A stretch of DNA of 64,000 nt from Nostoc sp. (GTDB lineage: Bacteria; Cyanobacteriota; Cyanobacteriia; Cyanobacteriales; Nostocaceae): contig JBALDB010000007.1 of NCBI GenBank assembly GCA_036918135.1, positions 128,001 through 192,000 of the forward strand, read 5' to 3'. The notes under the pieces were generated by a model that saw nothing but the letters and a program-made list of their open reading frames with translations, did no database searches and was not told where the DNA came from. Numbering within the stretch: position 1 is the first letter of the stretch; every line of letters starts with the position of its first letter. Shown in pieces: positions 29,505 to 40,127 of the stretch. A program made the position numbers and the translations under genes.

Positions 29505-32351
29505 TTGTATCAACCCACTTACGAAGTACGAATGAACAAAACGACTGTCAAATCGAGAGTTCAAACGTTTGGTTGGGGACTGACAAATAAAACAATAACC
29601 GATCGTTGTGTAAGCAGGGGGCAAGGTATGACAATGTTTGGTTTCCGTTATAAGAGTCGGTCTATGCCCAATCACGATCGTAAATCTATTCAGCGTCGAT
29701 TCCTGGGGATTCTATTTCTTTGCAGCCTAACCTTTTGTTTATGGCTGAGCCATGTGCCATTCTTGACTTGGCAGCAAGAGTTAGGGGAAGTAGTACACGC
29801 ACAAACGGATGATGCTAGTAGATTGGTGGAGCAAGGTGTTCAAAGTTACCAGAAAGAAAAGTTGCAAGATGCAATTAAATATTGGCAAGAAGCTTTAAAT
29901 ATTTATCAAAAGAATAACAACCGCCCAAAGGAAGCGCTTGTCTTAGAGAATTTGGCAAGGGCATATCAACAAATAGATCGATTGGGTAAGTCCATTGCTC
30001 ATTGGGATAAAGTTATCGCCTACTATCGCCAAATTGGGGATGTGCAGCAGGTGGGGCGTATGCTTACAGAAGAATCTCAAATATACAATAGCTTGGGGCA
30101 ACCTAGAAAGGCGATCGCTCTTTTATGTGGTGTATTTCAAGAAGATCGGCAAGAGGAACCACAGAAAAAATGTTTGCCAGAAAGTGGATTGCAGATTGCT
30201 CGGTTTTCACAAGACCAAATAGGGGAAGTAGGTGCGTTGGGAAGTCTTGGAGAAGCTTACCGTCTAGTGGGTTACTACGACCGAGCTATTAAGTATCTTG
30301 AAAGTGCTGAAAAGATTGCTCCTAAGGGTTATGACTTTTTAGTACTCAATAGTTTGGGCAATGCCTATGTTAGTCGAGCGCAACTTTGGGAACTGCGTGC
30401 TGAGTCTGCTAAACAAAGTCAGATTCCAAAAGCTGATGAATTTGAATGGCAATCTAAAAGTGATTACCAGGCAGCTTTAAATAAATTTCAGTCTAGTTTT
30501 GAAAAAGCTGGCGAACAAAGTAACCAATTTGCTCAAATAAGAGTGCTTGTAAATTTAATTCAATTTTATTACCGCACCAAATCTGAGCAAACCAAGGTTG
30601 ATAAAGCAGTAGAAAAAGCTTTAGCTCTATTAGAAAAATTACCATTATCTACAACTAAAGTTTATATAGCAATAGATTTGGCGAATCTCCCAGTTGCAGG
30701 AACTCATGTTACTTCGCCCTTAACTCAATGTTTGCCAAAGCGACAACTACCAGATGCACAAGCACTACTTAAGGATGCAGTAAAATTTGCTCAAAATCTC
30801 CAAGATTCTCGCTCAGAGTCATTTGCCAATGGGGCATTGGGTCATTTTTATGAATGTCGGCAGGAATATGAGCAAGCCCTAAAATTAACTCGCGAAGCGC
30901 TTTGGCAAGCTGACCAAAATTTACTGGCAAAAGATAGCCTTTATTTATGGCAGTGGCAAACTGGACGGATTTTTCAAGCGCAGGAGAAAAAGTTTGAGGC
31001 TGTTAGAGCTTATCAGCAAGCTTATTCCACTTTAGAGGAAATTCGCAGCGATATTCTAGAAGCTGATAAAGATTTACAACTTGATTTTCGGGATGTCGTT
31101 GAGCCTTTATACCGTGAACTAACTCAATTAACACTAGAATTAGCTTCGCTCTCATCCTTTGATGCCAAAACTCGTAATCAGCAGCTAACTAATGCCTTGG
31201 AAACTATAGATTCTTTGAAATTAGCAGAATTACAAAATTACTTTGGTAATGATTGTGTGATAGCAGCTATTAATAACTTAAAAAATGTTGAGGAACTATT
31301 AAAAGAAGATACTGCTGTTTTTAGCTCTATCATCTTTGATAATCGCACCGCCATACTACTCAGTCTACCAAATGGCAATAAGCAGCTTGAATGGATAGAT
31401 GAGAAACGTAATGTTCTCGAAGAAGAAATCAAGAATTTTCGTCAATTACTTATAGATGGAGTTAAAACAATTAATGATGATGATATTAAGCAGAAAGCAC
31501 AATATTTGTATGGTAAACTTTTAGGTAAATTTAAATTAACTACTGATTTTAATCCTAATAAAATTAAGACTCTTGTTTTCATTCAAGATAGTTTTTTACG
31601 TACTATTCCAATGGCTGCGCTTTATGATGGCAAGGAATATTTGATTGAAAAGTATGCTATTGCTACTACTGCTAGTTTGCGTTTGACAGCACCTAAAAAA
31701 CTGAATTGGCAAGAAAATAGAGCTTTAATCTTAGGTGTAACTAGAGAGGCCAAAATCGATGAAAAGGACTATCCGATTTTGCCAAACGTGACTTCAGAAA
31801 TTGAGGAAGTTAAAAAACTATTCCCTGGTAGTAAATTGTTTATTAATAACAATTTTAACCGTAATAACTTAGAAAAAGAACTTAGTAAAACCGTTTATCC
31901 GATTATTCATATTTCTACTCACGCTCAGTTCGGCACGATTGCAGAAGATACTTTTCTAGTGGCTGGAAATAACAGCAAACTCACTATTAAGCAGCTAGAA
32001 AGTGACCTCCAGCGAGTCAATAGTGGTTCTAACTCGGTAGAATTGCTGACGCTGACTGCTTGTCAAACTGCTGTAGGAGATGACCGTGCTACTCTTGGTT
32101 TAGCTGGTGTCGCTTTACAAGTTGGGGTAAAAAGTGCCTTGGCAACTCTATGGTCTGTCAATGATGAATCTACGTTTGACTTAATATCTGCATTTTATAC
32201 TAACCTCCGCAACTTGGGTGTCAGTAAAGCAGAAGCCTTGCGTCAGGCTCAAATTAAACTGATTAACGCTAAGAAAATACAAGAAATTAATGACCAATAT
32301 GATAACCCTGCTTATTGGGCACCGTTTATCCTCATTGGTAACTGGCTTTAA
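29505..32351 (+). CDS. TPR-CHAT caspase-like protease, probably exported (true start likely near 29628)
   Basis: Hydrophobic N-terminal segment, TPR helices, IHISTHAQF (His), LTLTACQTA (Cys), ATLWSVND, PAYWAPFILIGNWL. Confidence 0.9.
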   Translation: MYQPTYEVRMNKTTVKSRVQTFGWGLTNKTITDRCVSRGQGMTMFGFRYKSRSMPNHDRKSIQRRFLGILFLCSLTFCLWLSHVPFLTWQQELGEVVHAQTDDASRLVEQGVQSYQKEKLQDAIKYWQEALNIYQKNNNRPKEALVLENLARAYQQIDRLGKSIAHWDKVIAYYRQIGDVQQVGRMLTEESQIYNSLGQPRKAIALLCGVFQEDRQEEPQKKCLPESGLQIARFSQDQIGEVGALGSLGEAYRLVGYYDRAIKYLESAEKIAPKGYDFLVLNSLGNAYVSRAQLWELRAESAKQSQIPKADEFEWQSKSDYQAALNKFQSSFEKAGEQSNQFAQIRVLVNLIQFYYRTKSEQTKVDKAVEKALALLEKLPLSTTKVYIAIDLANLPVAGTHVTSPLTQCLPKRQLPDAQALLKDAVKFAQNLQDSRSESFANGALGHFYECRQEYEQALKLTREALWQADQNLLAKDSLYLWQWQTGRIFQAQEKKFEAVRAYQQAYSTLEEIRSDILEADKDLQLDFRDVVEPLYRELTQLTLELASLSSFDAKTRNQQLTNALETIDSLKLAELQNYFGNDCVIAAINNLKNVEELLKEDTAVFSSIIFDNRTAILLSLPNGNKQLEWIDEKRNVLEEEIKNFRQLLIDGVKTINDDDIKQKAQYLYGKLLGKFKLTTDFNPNKIKTLVFIQDSFLRTIPMAALYDGKEYLIEKYAIATTASLRLTAPKKLNWQENRALILGVTREAKIDEKDYPILPNVTSEIEEVKKLFPGSKLFINNNFNRNNLEKELSKTVYPIIHISTHAQFGTIAEDTFLVAGNNSKLTIKQLESDLQRVNSGSNSVELLTLTACQTAVGDDRATLGLAGVALQVGVKSALATLWSVNDESTFDLISAFYTNLRNLGVSKAEALRQAQIKLINAKKIQEINDQYDNPAYWAPFILIGNWL

Positions 32352-32491
32352 CAGCTTTTTGCGTAATTATTCACTCCCTTTTGCAAAATTACTGAAATCC
32401 TTGATTTCTCATTGAGTAGTAGGGGAGAGTGTGGACAGTTACTTTTTTGCAGTTAGGGATTACTAAAAAATAAATTATCAAATCTTATTTT

Positions 32492-32520
32492 GTAGGGTGC
32501 GTTAACGAAGTAACGCACCA
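32492..32520. repeat. GTAG-type REP-like hairpin between convergent genes
   Basis: gtagggtgcgtta acgaag taacgcacc. Confidence 0.55.
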
Positions 32521-32667
32521 TTTTTCTAATCTGTCAAGATCATTCAGACGTATAACACACCCTATAGGTTGGATATTTTTCGCCTACGTTAGTATAAACT
32601 TCAGTCCCTTAGGAATGAGTAGATTGTCGAGATTTTCTCTTGGTTCTGCTCTACTCACGACTGGGTT

Positions 32668-33411
32668 TTACTTTGCTCGGTTTGCGATCGCCTTTAAATT
32701 CTTAATTCTTTGCTGAAGTTCTGGTTCCTTAAATTGTCCTTGTTCCTCCGACTGCGTTAGGGATTCCACCAAAGTTGAACCAACTTGTCCGAGTTCGCCT
32801 TTTGGAGCCAAATTGAGAGCTTCCTGTAGTGCTTCATACCATAAACCTTGCTTGGCGTAAATATCTGCTTTTTGAGAACTGTTTGTTATTTTTGATAGGT
32901 TAGTTTTAATATCTGATGACATCTCGACAACCATAAATTCTGCCCTTCTAACTAAAGTCCCATTTGGTGGACAAGAAATGGAGACTTGCCAAAGATATTT
33001 TTTTTGCATGGCTAATCCTGGTTGGTTTTCTGGAAGAGAATACTTGTTAATTCCTGAGAAAGCTTGTAAACTAATTGGAGCGCCTAGTTGTTTGGGTTCA
33101 CCATTCGGCTCAAACTCAAAAAGTCTAAACTCTGTGTTATGAGGGCTGTATAAAAACCAAACAAAGGTAGGATGCCCAGAAGCAGTATGCCCGACGTAAG
33201 TTGTAGGGGAAAGAATTGTTAAGGATATTTGTTCTTCTGGGCATCCTCTGGCACCTGCGGACTTAGTATAATCACTAGCAGGTTTCTGAGTTTGAGGAGG
33301 TATATACTTAGCTATGGCTGGAGAGCCAAACGCTAATAAGCTTAGCAGCAAACTTATATTTAGTTTGCGATTGATACGTTTGATAAGCAACCACAAGATT
33401 TGAGTATTCAT
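32668..33411 (-). CDS. DUF928-like protein
   Basis: Signal-like N-terminus from MNTQ (AGGGGAG RBS), GARGC, HPTFVWF, KYLWQV, YAKQGLWYEAL; typical CHAT/CHASE2 neighbour. Confidence 0.8.
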   Translation of the reverse strand: MNTQILWLLIKRINRKLNISLLLSLLAFGSPAIAKYIPPQTQKPASDYTKSAGARGCPEEQISLTILSPTTYVGHTASGHPTFVWFLYSPHNTEFRLFEFEPNGEPKQLGAPISLQAFSGINKYSLPENQPGLAMQKKYLWQVSISCPPNGTLVRRAEFMVVEMSSDIKTNLSKITNSSQKADIYAKQGLWYEALQEALNLAPKGELGQVGSTLVESLTQSEEQGQFKEPELQQRIKNLKAIANRAK

Positions 33412-33550
33412 GTCTCCCCTACGTGTATTGTTCTCGGTTAAATCGACTTTGAATAAACTACAAACTAATAAATAAAGATTTAGTAAAAATCTAGATGGAA
33501 TTTTCAAAAAGACTTGATAAAAGAATTTTGACAGGATAAAAGAGTTACGT

Positions 33551-33674
33551 AGACCTCTTGTATAAATGCGTAAATTGTCATTTTGAGCGGAATGAAACAT
33601 TTAGTGAGATTCTTCTCTGCACTGCGTTTTGCTCAAAATGACATTCCTGACTTTTTGACTTTTATAAAAAGTCT
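33551..33674. repeat. Nested inverted-repeat element (MITE-like) in a divergent intergenic region
   Basis: Inner perfect arms tgtcattttgagc (33576) / gctcaaaatgaca (to 33643); degenerate outer arms agacctcttgtataaa / tttataaaaagtct. Confidence 0.6.
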
Positions 33675-33793
33675 TATATTTAAGACTATCTAAGTTTTAA
33701 GTATTTAGTGAAATAGTGACAGTTTAATTTCCAATTTTTGGCAAAAAGCACTAATAAAGCCTGGTAATAATTTTTACCGTAAAATGTGATGTT

Positions 33794-36700
33794 ATGATAA
33801 GTAGCTTGTGCAATTGGCTCTGGAAGCCAAGTTTGATTGGTATGTTCGGTATATCGGTGTTGCAGATATTCGGATTAACAATATTTGAACAAGCCAGTGC
33901 TCAAATCACACCAGATACGACATTGGGAGCGGAAAGTTCTGTCGTAACACCTAATTTGGTGATTCGTGGTTTGACGAGCGATCGCATTGATGGAGGAGCA
34001 ATTCGTGGGGCTAACCTGTTCCATAGCTTCTTGGAATTTAACGTGGGGGAAGGAAAAGGAGTTTATTTTACCAACCCTCAAGGAGTAGAGAACATTCTTA
34101 GCCGGGTGACAGGGGCTAACAGCTCTGAGATTTTAGGGAAGCTAGGTGTATTAGGTAATGCCAACTTATTTTTGATAAATCCGTCGGGGATTGTCTTTGG
34201 AGAAAATGCCAGTTTGGATGTTGAAGGTTCGTTTGTCGCTACGACTGCTTCTGCAATCTCTTTAGGCGATCGGGGTTATTTTAGTGCTACCCAACCACAA
34301 CAAAGTAATTTACTTTCTGTCAGTCCTGGAGCGCTGTTTTTTAATCAAGTCCTCTCACAACCAGGAAACATCATCAATCCGATTGAGCTACTTGGAGCGA
34401 ATTTACAGGTAAATTCTGGTCAGACTTTGGCATTAATTGGCGGCAATGTAAGTATGCAGGGTGGACAGTTGTTCGCTAGCGGTGGTCGAGTTGAATTAGG
34501 AGGATTAGCTGCACCAGGAATAGTAGAGATGAAAATTGATAGTCTTGGGAAGATCCAAAACTTTAGTTTTCCTCTAGAAGTGCAGCGAGCTGATGTGACA
34601 CTTACCAATGGAGCACAAGTGGTAGTGACAGCAGCAGGAGGGGGAGGTATTGGTATCAATACTCAAAACCTAAATATTTTCGGTAGAAGCACTCTAAATG
34701 CAGGCATCACGAACAATGCAGGAACAGTAGACACAGTTGCAGGCGATATTGATGTTGATGCGACTGGGGCAGTTACCCTTAAAGAGTCGAGTGTGATTCA
34801 AAATATCATCAATTCCGGAGCGACTGGTAATGCAGGCAAAATTAATGTAGTCGCTGACTCACTTAACTTACTAACAGGTTCCCAATTGTTTAGCACTACT
34901 CTTGGAAAAGGCAGTGGGGGCGACGTTAATATTCGTGTTGGAAACACAGTTAGCTTTGATTCGGCAGGTAACAATTCCAGCGCGAGCGGGATTATCAGTT
35001 CAATAGCCCAGACAGCAGAAGGCAATGCAGGCAACATTAATATCACCACAGGATCGTTAGTGGTAAGCAATGGCGCTCAATTAAATACAATCACCTTTGG
35101 TAAAGGGAATGCTGGTACGGTGAATATTAACGCTGCCAATACGGTTACCTTTGATGGAGCGAATGGTGGTGCTAGTGGCATACTTAGTGCCGTAGGAACA
35201 ACGGGAAAAGGCAAGGGAGGTGATATTGATATCACAGCTGCGTCAGTAGCAGTCACCAATGGCGCACAACTAAATGCCCTCACTAGAAACGAGGGAGATG
35301 CAGGGAACGTCAAAATTACTGCCCAAGATACGGTTCTCATTGATGGAGAAAATCCAAATTCCAAGAACGATCCTTACGCAGGTGCAAGTTCTATATTCAC
35401 CTCAGTGGGAATTGATGATTATGGCAAGCAAGCAATAGGCAATGGGGGTAACATCGACATTACAACTGGGTCACTGTCGATGACTAATGGTGGGCAACTC
35501 AATGCCATTACTAGAGGGATGGGAAATGCAGGCAACATCAATATCAATGCTCGCGACAGCATTACTATTGATGGAGAAAGAAGGATCAGCTCAACTAGAG
35601 CTGCCAGTTCAATATTCACCTCCGTGGATGGTAATGAATATAGTGGTTACCCTAACTTAGGAACAGCAAAAGGGAACGGGGGCGCGATCGCGATTACCAC
35701 TGGGTCACTTTCAATTACCGGAGGTGCGGCCCTAAATACATTGACCAAAGGGCAGGGGAATGCAGGTAATCTGACCATCAATGCTCGCAATCCGATTACC
35801 CTAGATGGAGAGAATAGCAACGGAGGTGCTAGTGGGATATATAGCTCGGTCGATGCAAATTTGTATACCGAGCAGCCACGAGCAGTAGGCAATGGGGGCG
35901 ATGTAAAAATCACAACTGGGTCGCTTTCGATCGCCAGGGGTGCTGGAGTGTTTGCCACCACTGCTGGACAGGGAAATGCGGGTAACGTAGATATCAATGC
36001 CTACGATACAGTTGCTATTGATGGAGAAAATAGCAAAGGAGGCTCTAGTGGGATATTCACTTCAGTCGATGCAAATTTGGATAATAAAAAGCCACAAGCA
36101 ATAGGCAATGGCGGTAATATCACAATTGAGACTGGGAAACTTTCACTGAGCAATGGTGGTGGAGTGTTTGCCACCACTGCTGGACAGGGAAATGCAGGGA
36201 ACGTAGATGTCAATGCCGACGATACAGTTGCCATTGATGGAGAAAATAGCAAAGGAGGCTCTAGTGGAATATTCACTTCGGTAGATGCAAATTTGGATAG
36301 CGATCGCCAAGCAGCAATAGGCAATGGTGGCAACATCAGCATTAGTACTGATTTACTGTCTGCGACCAATGGCGGTGGATTGTTTGCTAGCACTGGTGGG
36401 CAAGGGGATGCAGGTAACGTAAATATCAATGCCCGTCAAGTCTTATTCGATGGGTTGTCAAGTAATGGCGACTCTACTGGCATATTTAGCGATGTGAAAG
36501 CAACTGCTGTGGGCAACGGTAGAAATATTAATATTAGAGCCAGTAAATTGACTGTTAGTAATGGTGCGAGGCTTTCTGCAAGTAGTGAGGGAGATGGACT
36601 AGCAGGTGACATTGAGATTGATGCTGACGTTATCGATATCTTAGGAAGCGTTCCCACTAGTGGTTTATTTGTAAGTACTTCTGGTCAAGGAAAAGGAGGT

Positions 36701-37498
36701 AATATTACAATCAATAGTAACTCGCTGACGCTAAACAATAGTGAAATGAGTGCCCGTTCCCAAGGGACGGAAGATGCCGGTCGCATAAATATTAAAGTTG
36801 ATAAGCGTATAAGCATGACTGGCAGTAATATCACTACTGCTGCTGAACAATCTGCTGGTGGTGCTATTGCCATTACAGCAAGGGACATCGACTTGTTTAG
36901 TGATAGCGACATCACAACCAATGTTTTCAGTGGTGCAGGTGGTGGTGGTGACATTACTCTGACTGCCAACTCTATTATCGCTTTTAATGACAGCGATATC
37001 CTTGCATTTGCTCAAGATGGTAAAGGTGGTAATATCAGCCTCAACACTCCTGCGTTCTTTGGTCAAAATTACAAACCTGCTGCTTCTGGTACTGACCCCA
37101 ACACCTTAAATAGGAACAACAAAGTTGATGTTAATGCCAGTGGTGCAGCGTTTGGTGTGATTACCTTACCTGATACTAGCTTTATCCAAAATAGTCTCAA
37201 TGAGTTACCGCAAAACCCAATCGATACCAGCAACTTAATTGCCAATAGTTGCATTGCGCGCAGTTCTCGTCAGCAACAAGGAACTTTCGCGATCGCAGGT
37301 TCTGGTGGCTTACCTTCTCGTCCAGGAGATACTTTTATGTCACAATATACTTTTGGTACTGTGCGTACAAATAACGCCTCCCCATCCACCAGCCCTACTC
37401 GTCGTTCTTGGCAAAAAGGCGAGCCGATTGTAGAACCACAGGGTGTGTATCGTCTGCCTTCTGGTCAGCTTGTTTTGAGTCGAGAATGTTCTGATTAG
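33794..37498 (+). CDS. Filamentous-haemagglutinin-like TpsA exoprotein
   Basis: Signal peptide then AQITPD; TPS domain NLFHSF, NILSRVTG, NLFLINPSG; GNAGN/GNGGNI beta-helix repeats; C-terminal GSGGLP..IVEPQG. Confidence 0.92.
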   Translation: MISSLCNWLWKPSLIGMFGISVLQIFGLTIFEQASAQITPDTTLGAESSVVTPNLVIRGLTSDRIDGGAIRGANLFHSFLEFNVGEGKGVYFTNPQGVENILSRVTGANSSEILGKLGVLGNANLFLINPSGIVFGENASLDVEGSFVATTASAISLGDRGYFSATQPQQSNLLSVSPGALFFNQVLSQPGNIINPIELLGANLQVNSGQTLALIGGNVSMQGGQLFASGGRVELGGLAAPGIVEMKIDSLGKIQNFSFPLEVQRADVTLTNGAQVVVTAAGGGGIGINTQNLNIFGRSTLNAGITNNAGTVDTVAGDIDVDATGAVTLKESSVIQNIINSGATGNAGKINVVADSLNLLTGSQLFSTTLGKGSGGDVNIRVGNTVSFDSAGNNSSASGIISSIAQTAEGNAGNINITTGSLVVSNGAQLNTITFGKGNAGTVNINAANTVTFDGANGGASGILSAVGTTGKGKGGDIDITAASVAVTNGAQLNALTRNEGDAGNVKITAQDTVLIDGENPNSKNDPYAGASSIFTSVGIDDYGKQAIGNGGNIDITTGSLSMTNGGQLNAITRGMGNAGNININARDSITIDGERRISSTRAASSIFTSVDGNEYSGYPNLGTAKGNGGAIAITTGSLSITGGAALNTLTKGQGNAGNLTINARNPITLDGENSNGGASGIYSSVDANLYTEQPRAVGNGGDVKITTGSLSIARGAGVFATTAGQGNAGNVDINAYDTVAIDGENSKGGSSGIFTSVDANLDNKKPQAIGNGGNITIETGKLSLSNGGGVFATTAGQGNAGNVDVNADDTVAIDGENSKGGSSGIFTSVDANLDSDRQAAIGNGGNISISTDLLSATNGGGLFASTGGQGDAGNVNINARQVLFDGLSSNGDSTGIFSDVKATAVGNGRNINIRASKLTVSNGARLSASSEGDGLAGDIEIDADVIDILGSVPTSGLFVSTSGQGKGGNITINSNSLTLNNSEMSARSQGTEDAGRINIKVDKRISMTGSNITTAAEQSAGGAIAITARDIDLFSDSDITTNVFSGAGGGGDITLTANSIIAFNDSDILAFAQDGKGGNISLNTPAFFGQNYKPAASGTDPNTLNRNNKVDVNASGAAFGVITLPDTSFIQNSLNELPQNPIDTSNLIANSCIARSSRQQQGTFAIAGSGGLPSRPGDTFMSQYTFGTVRTNNASPSTSPTRRSWQKGEPIVEPQGVYRLPSGQLVLSRECSD
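35945..36376 (+). repeat. Near-identical 216-bp (72 aa) tandem repeat inside TpsA
   Basis: ggagtgtttgccaccactgctggacagggaaatgc at 35945 and 36161. Confidence 0.85.
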
Positions 37499-39422
37499 GT
37501 AGTTTAAAAAAAGATTTAAAGGGATTTCTCAGGCAACCTTTACTACTTCTTAAACACCAAGTTAATTTACATAAAGTACCTCGGGTAGAAACAGATTCTC
37601 GCTTAAAGCTACCTTTTAATTTTTTGGCAAGATTTCTAGCCTGCTTTGTTCCTTTATTTTCTAAATTTGAATAGATCCCGCATCCATTGTCTTTAATGCT
37701 AAGAGCATATCTGCCTTGATTTTCTTTGCCAATGGCTTCAATGCGTTTGGCTCCTAACGCGTGTTTGCCAACATTGCATAAAGCTTCTTCCAAAAATTGG
37801 CAGAGTTCTTGCTTGTGTTCGGTACTCAAGTATTCTTCCTCAATCGGGTCAAATGAGCGGGTTTTCTCCTTGAGATATTGAAAATGAGGAAGGTCTCGTT
37901 TTAGTGTACTGGTATAAACTTCATAGAATAGTTCGTGAATTGGAAGTTTTAAATCTAGTTTTAAGTCACTCCCTAGAAGAAGGCTGTTTTCCTGATTTAG
38001 GGCTTCTAACTTTAGGTGTTCGCCTATTGCCCGAATTTCTTGGTCAATCTCTTTAAGTTGCCAGTGTAATTTCTCCTGGGGAAAATCCTTCTCTTGAACA
38101 CATCTTAAGGCATTTGCTAGTGTTTGCAAGGGTCCATTATGAATATAATTAAATGCGTGGTCGATGGTGCGTTGGCGTTCATCAATTTGAGACTGCAATG
38201 CCCGATCGCGTTCATAAAAAGCAAAAGCACTCAAACCTACACTGTTAATACTTAAAATTAATAAACTTGGTGCCACGGGAGTCCACCAACCCCATACCAG
38301 AAGCAGATAACTCCCTCCAGCTAAGGAAAGACTAGTCACACCAACAGCAAACAAATTTTTCAGGACGGATTGAGTTAGCCGCCCGATGATAATGGGGATC
38401 AAACCCCAAACAACTATCCATAGATATTCCCACTCATCTGACCAAACTTTTAACAATGGTCGTCCATCCAAAACTGCGCTAATAATTTGGGAACAAGCAT
38501 GAGCGTGAAATTTAACTCCAAAAATCTGACCATTAGGTTTCAAACCAGCAACTGCTTGTGTATTAATAAAGTCAGGAATACTAGGGGCAGTTATACCTAT
38601 CAAAACAATGCGATCGTGTAACCAGTTCGGTTTAAATTTATTCTTTTTAATATCATTAAGAGATATAACTCGAAATGGTTCTTTTCCACTCCTCCAATTA
38701 AGTAGTGTCTGAACCCCACCTGCATCTATTCCTACATATCCCCCACTATTTGAGGATATGCGGGGGATTTCAACTGAGTCAAACCGCATAGTCTCAGGGT
38801 CACGAATCCCGTTTTCCAAAGTAATATTTTCACGAGATAAATAAATTTCTCCTAGACGCAAAGGTAGAGAAAACTTATAGTCTTCACCATTCAATCGTGT
38901 ACCAAGAAGAATACGCCTGGAATTGCCATCATTATCTGATATAACATCTGAGAAACCAACTTCCTTATTAGGCAAATTTGGTGGTGGAGCATATTGAGGA
39001 GGTAAGACTTTTTCAATAGTAATTAAATTTTTACTTTGTTTAAATACATTAACCAGTTCTTTATGACCTGGTTCAATAGATATATTTTTAACAATATCTA
39101 AACCAATAACTCTAGGTTGATAATTCTGTACTTTTCTAATAAGTGTCGCAATTTCTTTATCTGGTATAGGATAAATTTTTGTATTCGCGATATCTTCTTC
39201 ATTAATGCCAATAATAGTAATTCTATCATCCATAGTTTCAGCAGGACGGAGACGGAGAAAGGTATCAAAAACCATCCACTCTAGAGGCTGAAGTAACCCA
39301 TATAAACGAGCGACGATCACAATTGCTAAGATCCCAAATCCTGGTAATGCTCCTATACGCCAAATAGCAATTTCTTTTTTAATTTTTCTCCAAATAACCG
39401 TACTAAAACCTTCAGCCATCAA
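37395..39422 (-). CDS. CHASE2 sensor with NarX-type histidine kinase/HATPase-like output
   Basis: CHASE2 motifs ITIIGINEEDI, PRVIGLDI, IVLIG, GVKFHA; three TM helices; IHNGPLQ H-box, EALCNVGKH, DNGCG. Confidence 0.87.
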   Translation of the reverse strand: MMAEGFSTVIWRKIKKEIAIWRIGALPGFGILAIVIVARLYGLLQPLEWMVFDTFLRLRPAETMDDRITIIGINEEDIANTKIYPIPDKEIATLIRKVQNYQPRVIGLDIVKNISIEPGHKELVNVFKQSKNLITIEKVLPPQYAPPPNLPNKEVGFSDVISDNDGNSRRILLGTRLNGEDYKFSLPLRLGEIYLSRENITLENGIRDPETMRFDSVEIPRISSNSGGYVGIDAGGVQTLLNWRSGKEPFRVISLNDIKKNKFKPNWLHDRIVLIGITAPSIPDFINTQAVAGLKPNGQIFGVKFHAHACSQIISAVLDGRPLLKVWSDEWEYLWIVVWGLIPIIIGRLTQSVLKNLFAVGVTSLSLAGGSYLLLVWGWWTPVAPSLLILSINSVGLSAFAFYERDRALQSQIDERQRTIDHAFNYIHNGPLQTLANALRCVQEKDFPQEKLHWQLKEIDQEIRAIGEHLKLEALNQENSLLLGSDLKLDLKLPIHELFYEVYTSTLKRDLPHFQYLKEKTRSFDPIEEEYLSTEHKQELCQFLEEALCNVGKHALGAKRIEAIGKENQGRYALSIKDNGCGIYSNLENKGTKQARNLAKKLKGSFKRESVSTRGTLCKLTWCLRSSKGCLRNPFKSFFKLPNQNILDSKQADQKADDTHPVVLQSARLFAKNDE

Positions 39423-39443
39423 TCATGAACTCCTAACTCCTAA

Positions 39444-40127
39444 TTAGTCAATTAGTCCTTCTTCTCTAGCACGGATTGTCGTTTGAATTCGCATATTCTT
39501 GCCTTCTTGTCTGCAATCTTCAGGATAAACACCCAGTACATCTTGGATTTTAGTCCAGTATGAACGGACAGTTCGTTCATGTATATGAATTCGTTCAGCA
39601 ATAGTTTTATCTTGTAATCCTTCTTCAAACGCTAGCTTCAAAACTTCTAGCCACTCTGGCTTAAATTCCAATGCTGTTTTGATATCTTTTGTATGGGTTA
39701 TACCTTGTAGCGCCAAGTTAACCCTATTTAAGATTTCCTGTTCAGAAAGGCCTTTATTAGCAATGACAAAGCCCCCTTGATGGTTATCAATTTCATGTTT
39801 AATACGCACTAATGCCTTAATATAACTGCTTTGGACTACAAGATTGAGTGTAGGATACTTCTTCATTAAGGTTTTTAGTAGTTGAATACCTGTATCAATT
39901 TGAGCCATCATTCCAGACTTCTCTGGAATGGACAGATCTATAACTACTAGGTCAAGCTGACAGTTTGCTACTATATCAAAGGCTTCTTGTGCGGCTTGAG
40001 CTTTGAAAAATTCCGCATCTGGATACTCCTGTCGTAGTAATTCAAGACTTCCACTCAGGATTAATTGGTGGTCGTCCACTACGAGAATCTTTTGCTTCCC
40101 TTGCTTTAGTAAATCTTGACTGCTCAT
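39444..40127 (-). CDS. NarL/LuxR-type response regulator
   Basis: ILVVDDH, LVVIDLSIP (phospho-Asp), C-terminal HTH GLQDKTIAERIHIHERTVRSY. Confidence 0.9.
   Translation of the reverse strand: MSSQDLLKQGKQKILVVDDHQLILSGSLELLRQEYPDAEFFKAQAAQEAFDIVANCQLDLVVIDLSIPEKSGMMAQIDTGIQLLKTLMKKYPTLNLVVQSSYIKALVRIKHEIDNHQGGFVIANKGLSEQEILNRVNLALQGITHTKDIKTALEFKPEWLEVLKLAFEEGLQDKTIAERIHIHERTVRSYWTKIQDVLGVYPEDCRQEGKNMRIQTTIRAREEGLID

Noticed and set aside
29505..32351. CHAT as a CRISPR-associated or anti-phage caspase
   Set aside because: No cas genes, CRISPR array or gasdermin-like neighbour seen; the export-like N-terminus and TPS context point elsewhere
33412..33600. N-terminal extension of the DUF928 ORF
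   Set aside because: Runs into an inverted-repeat element; ATG 33411 has the better RBS
34420..37254. Series of minus-strand ORFs within TpsA
   Set aside because: Antisense shadows of Gly/Asn/Ala-rich repeats
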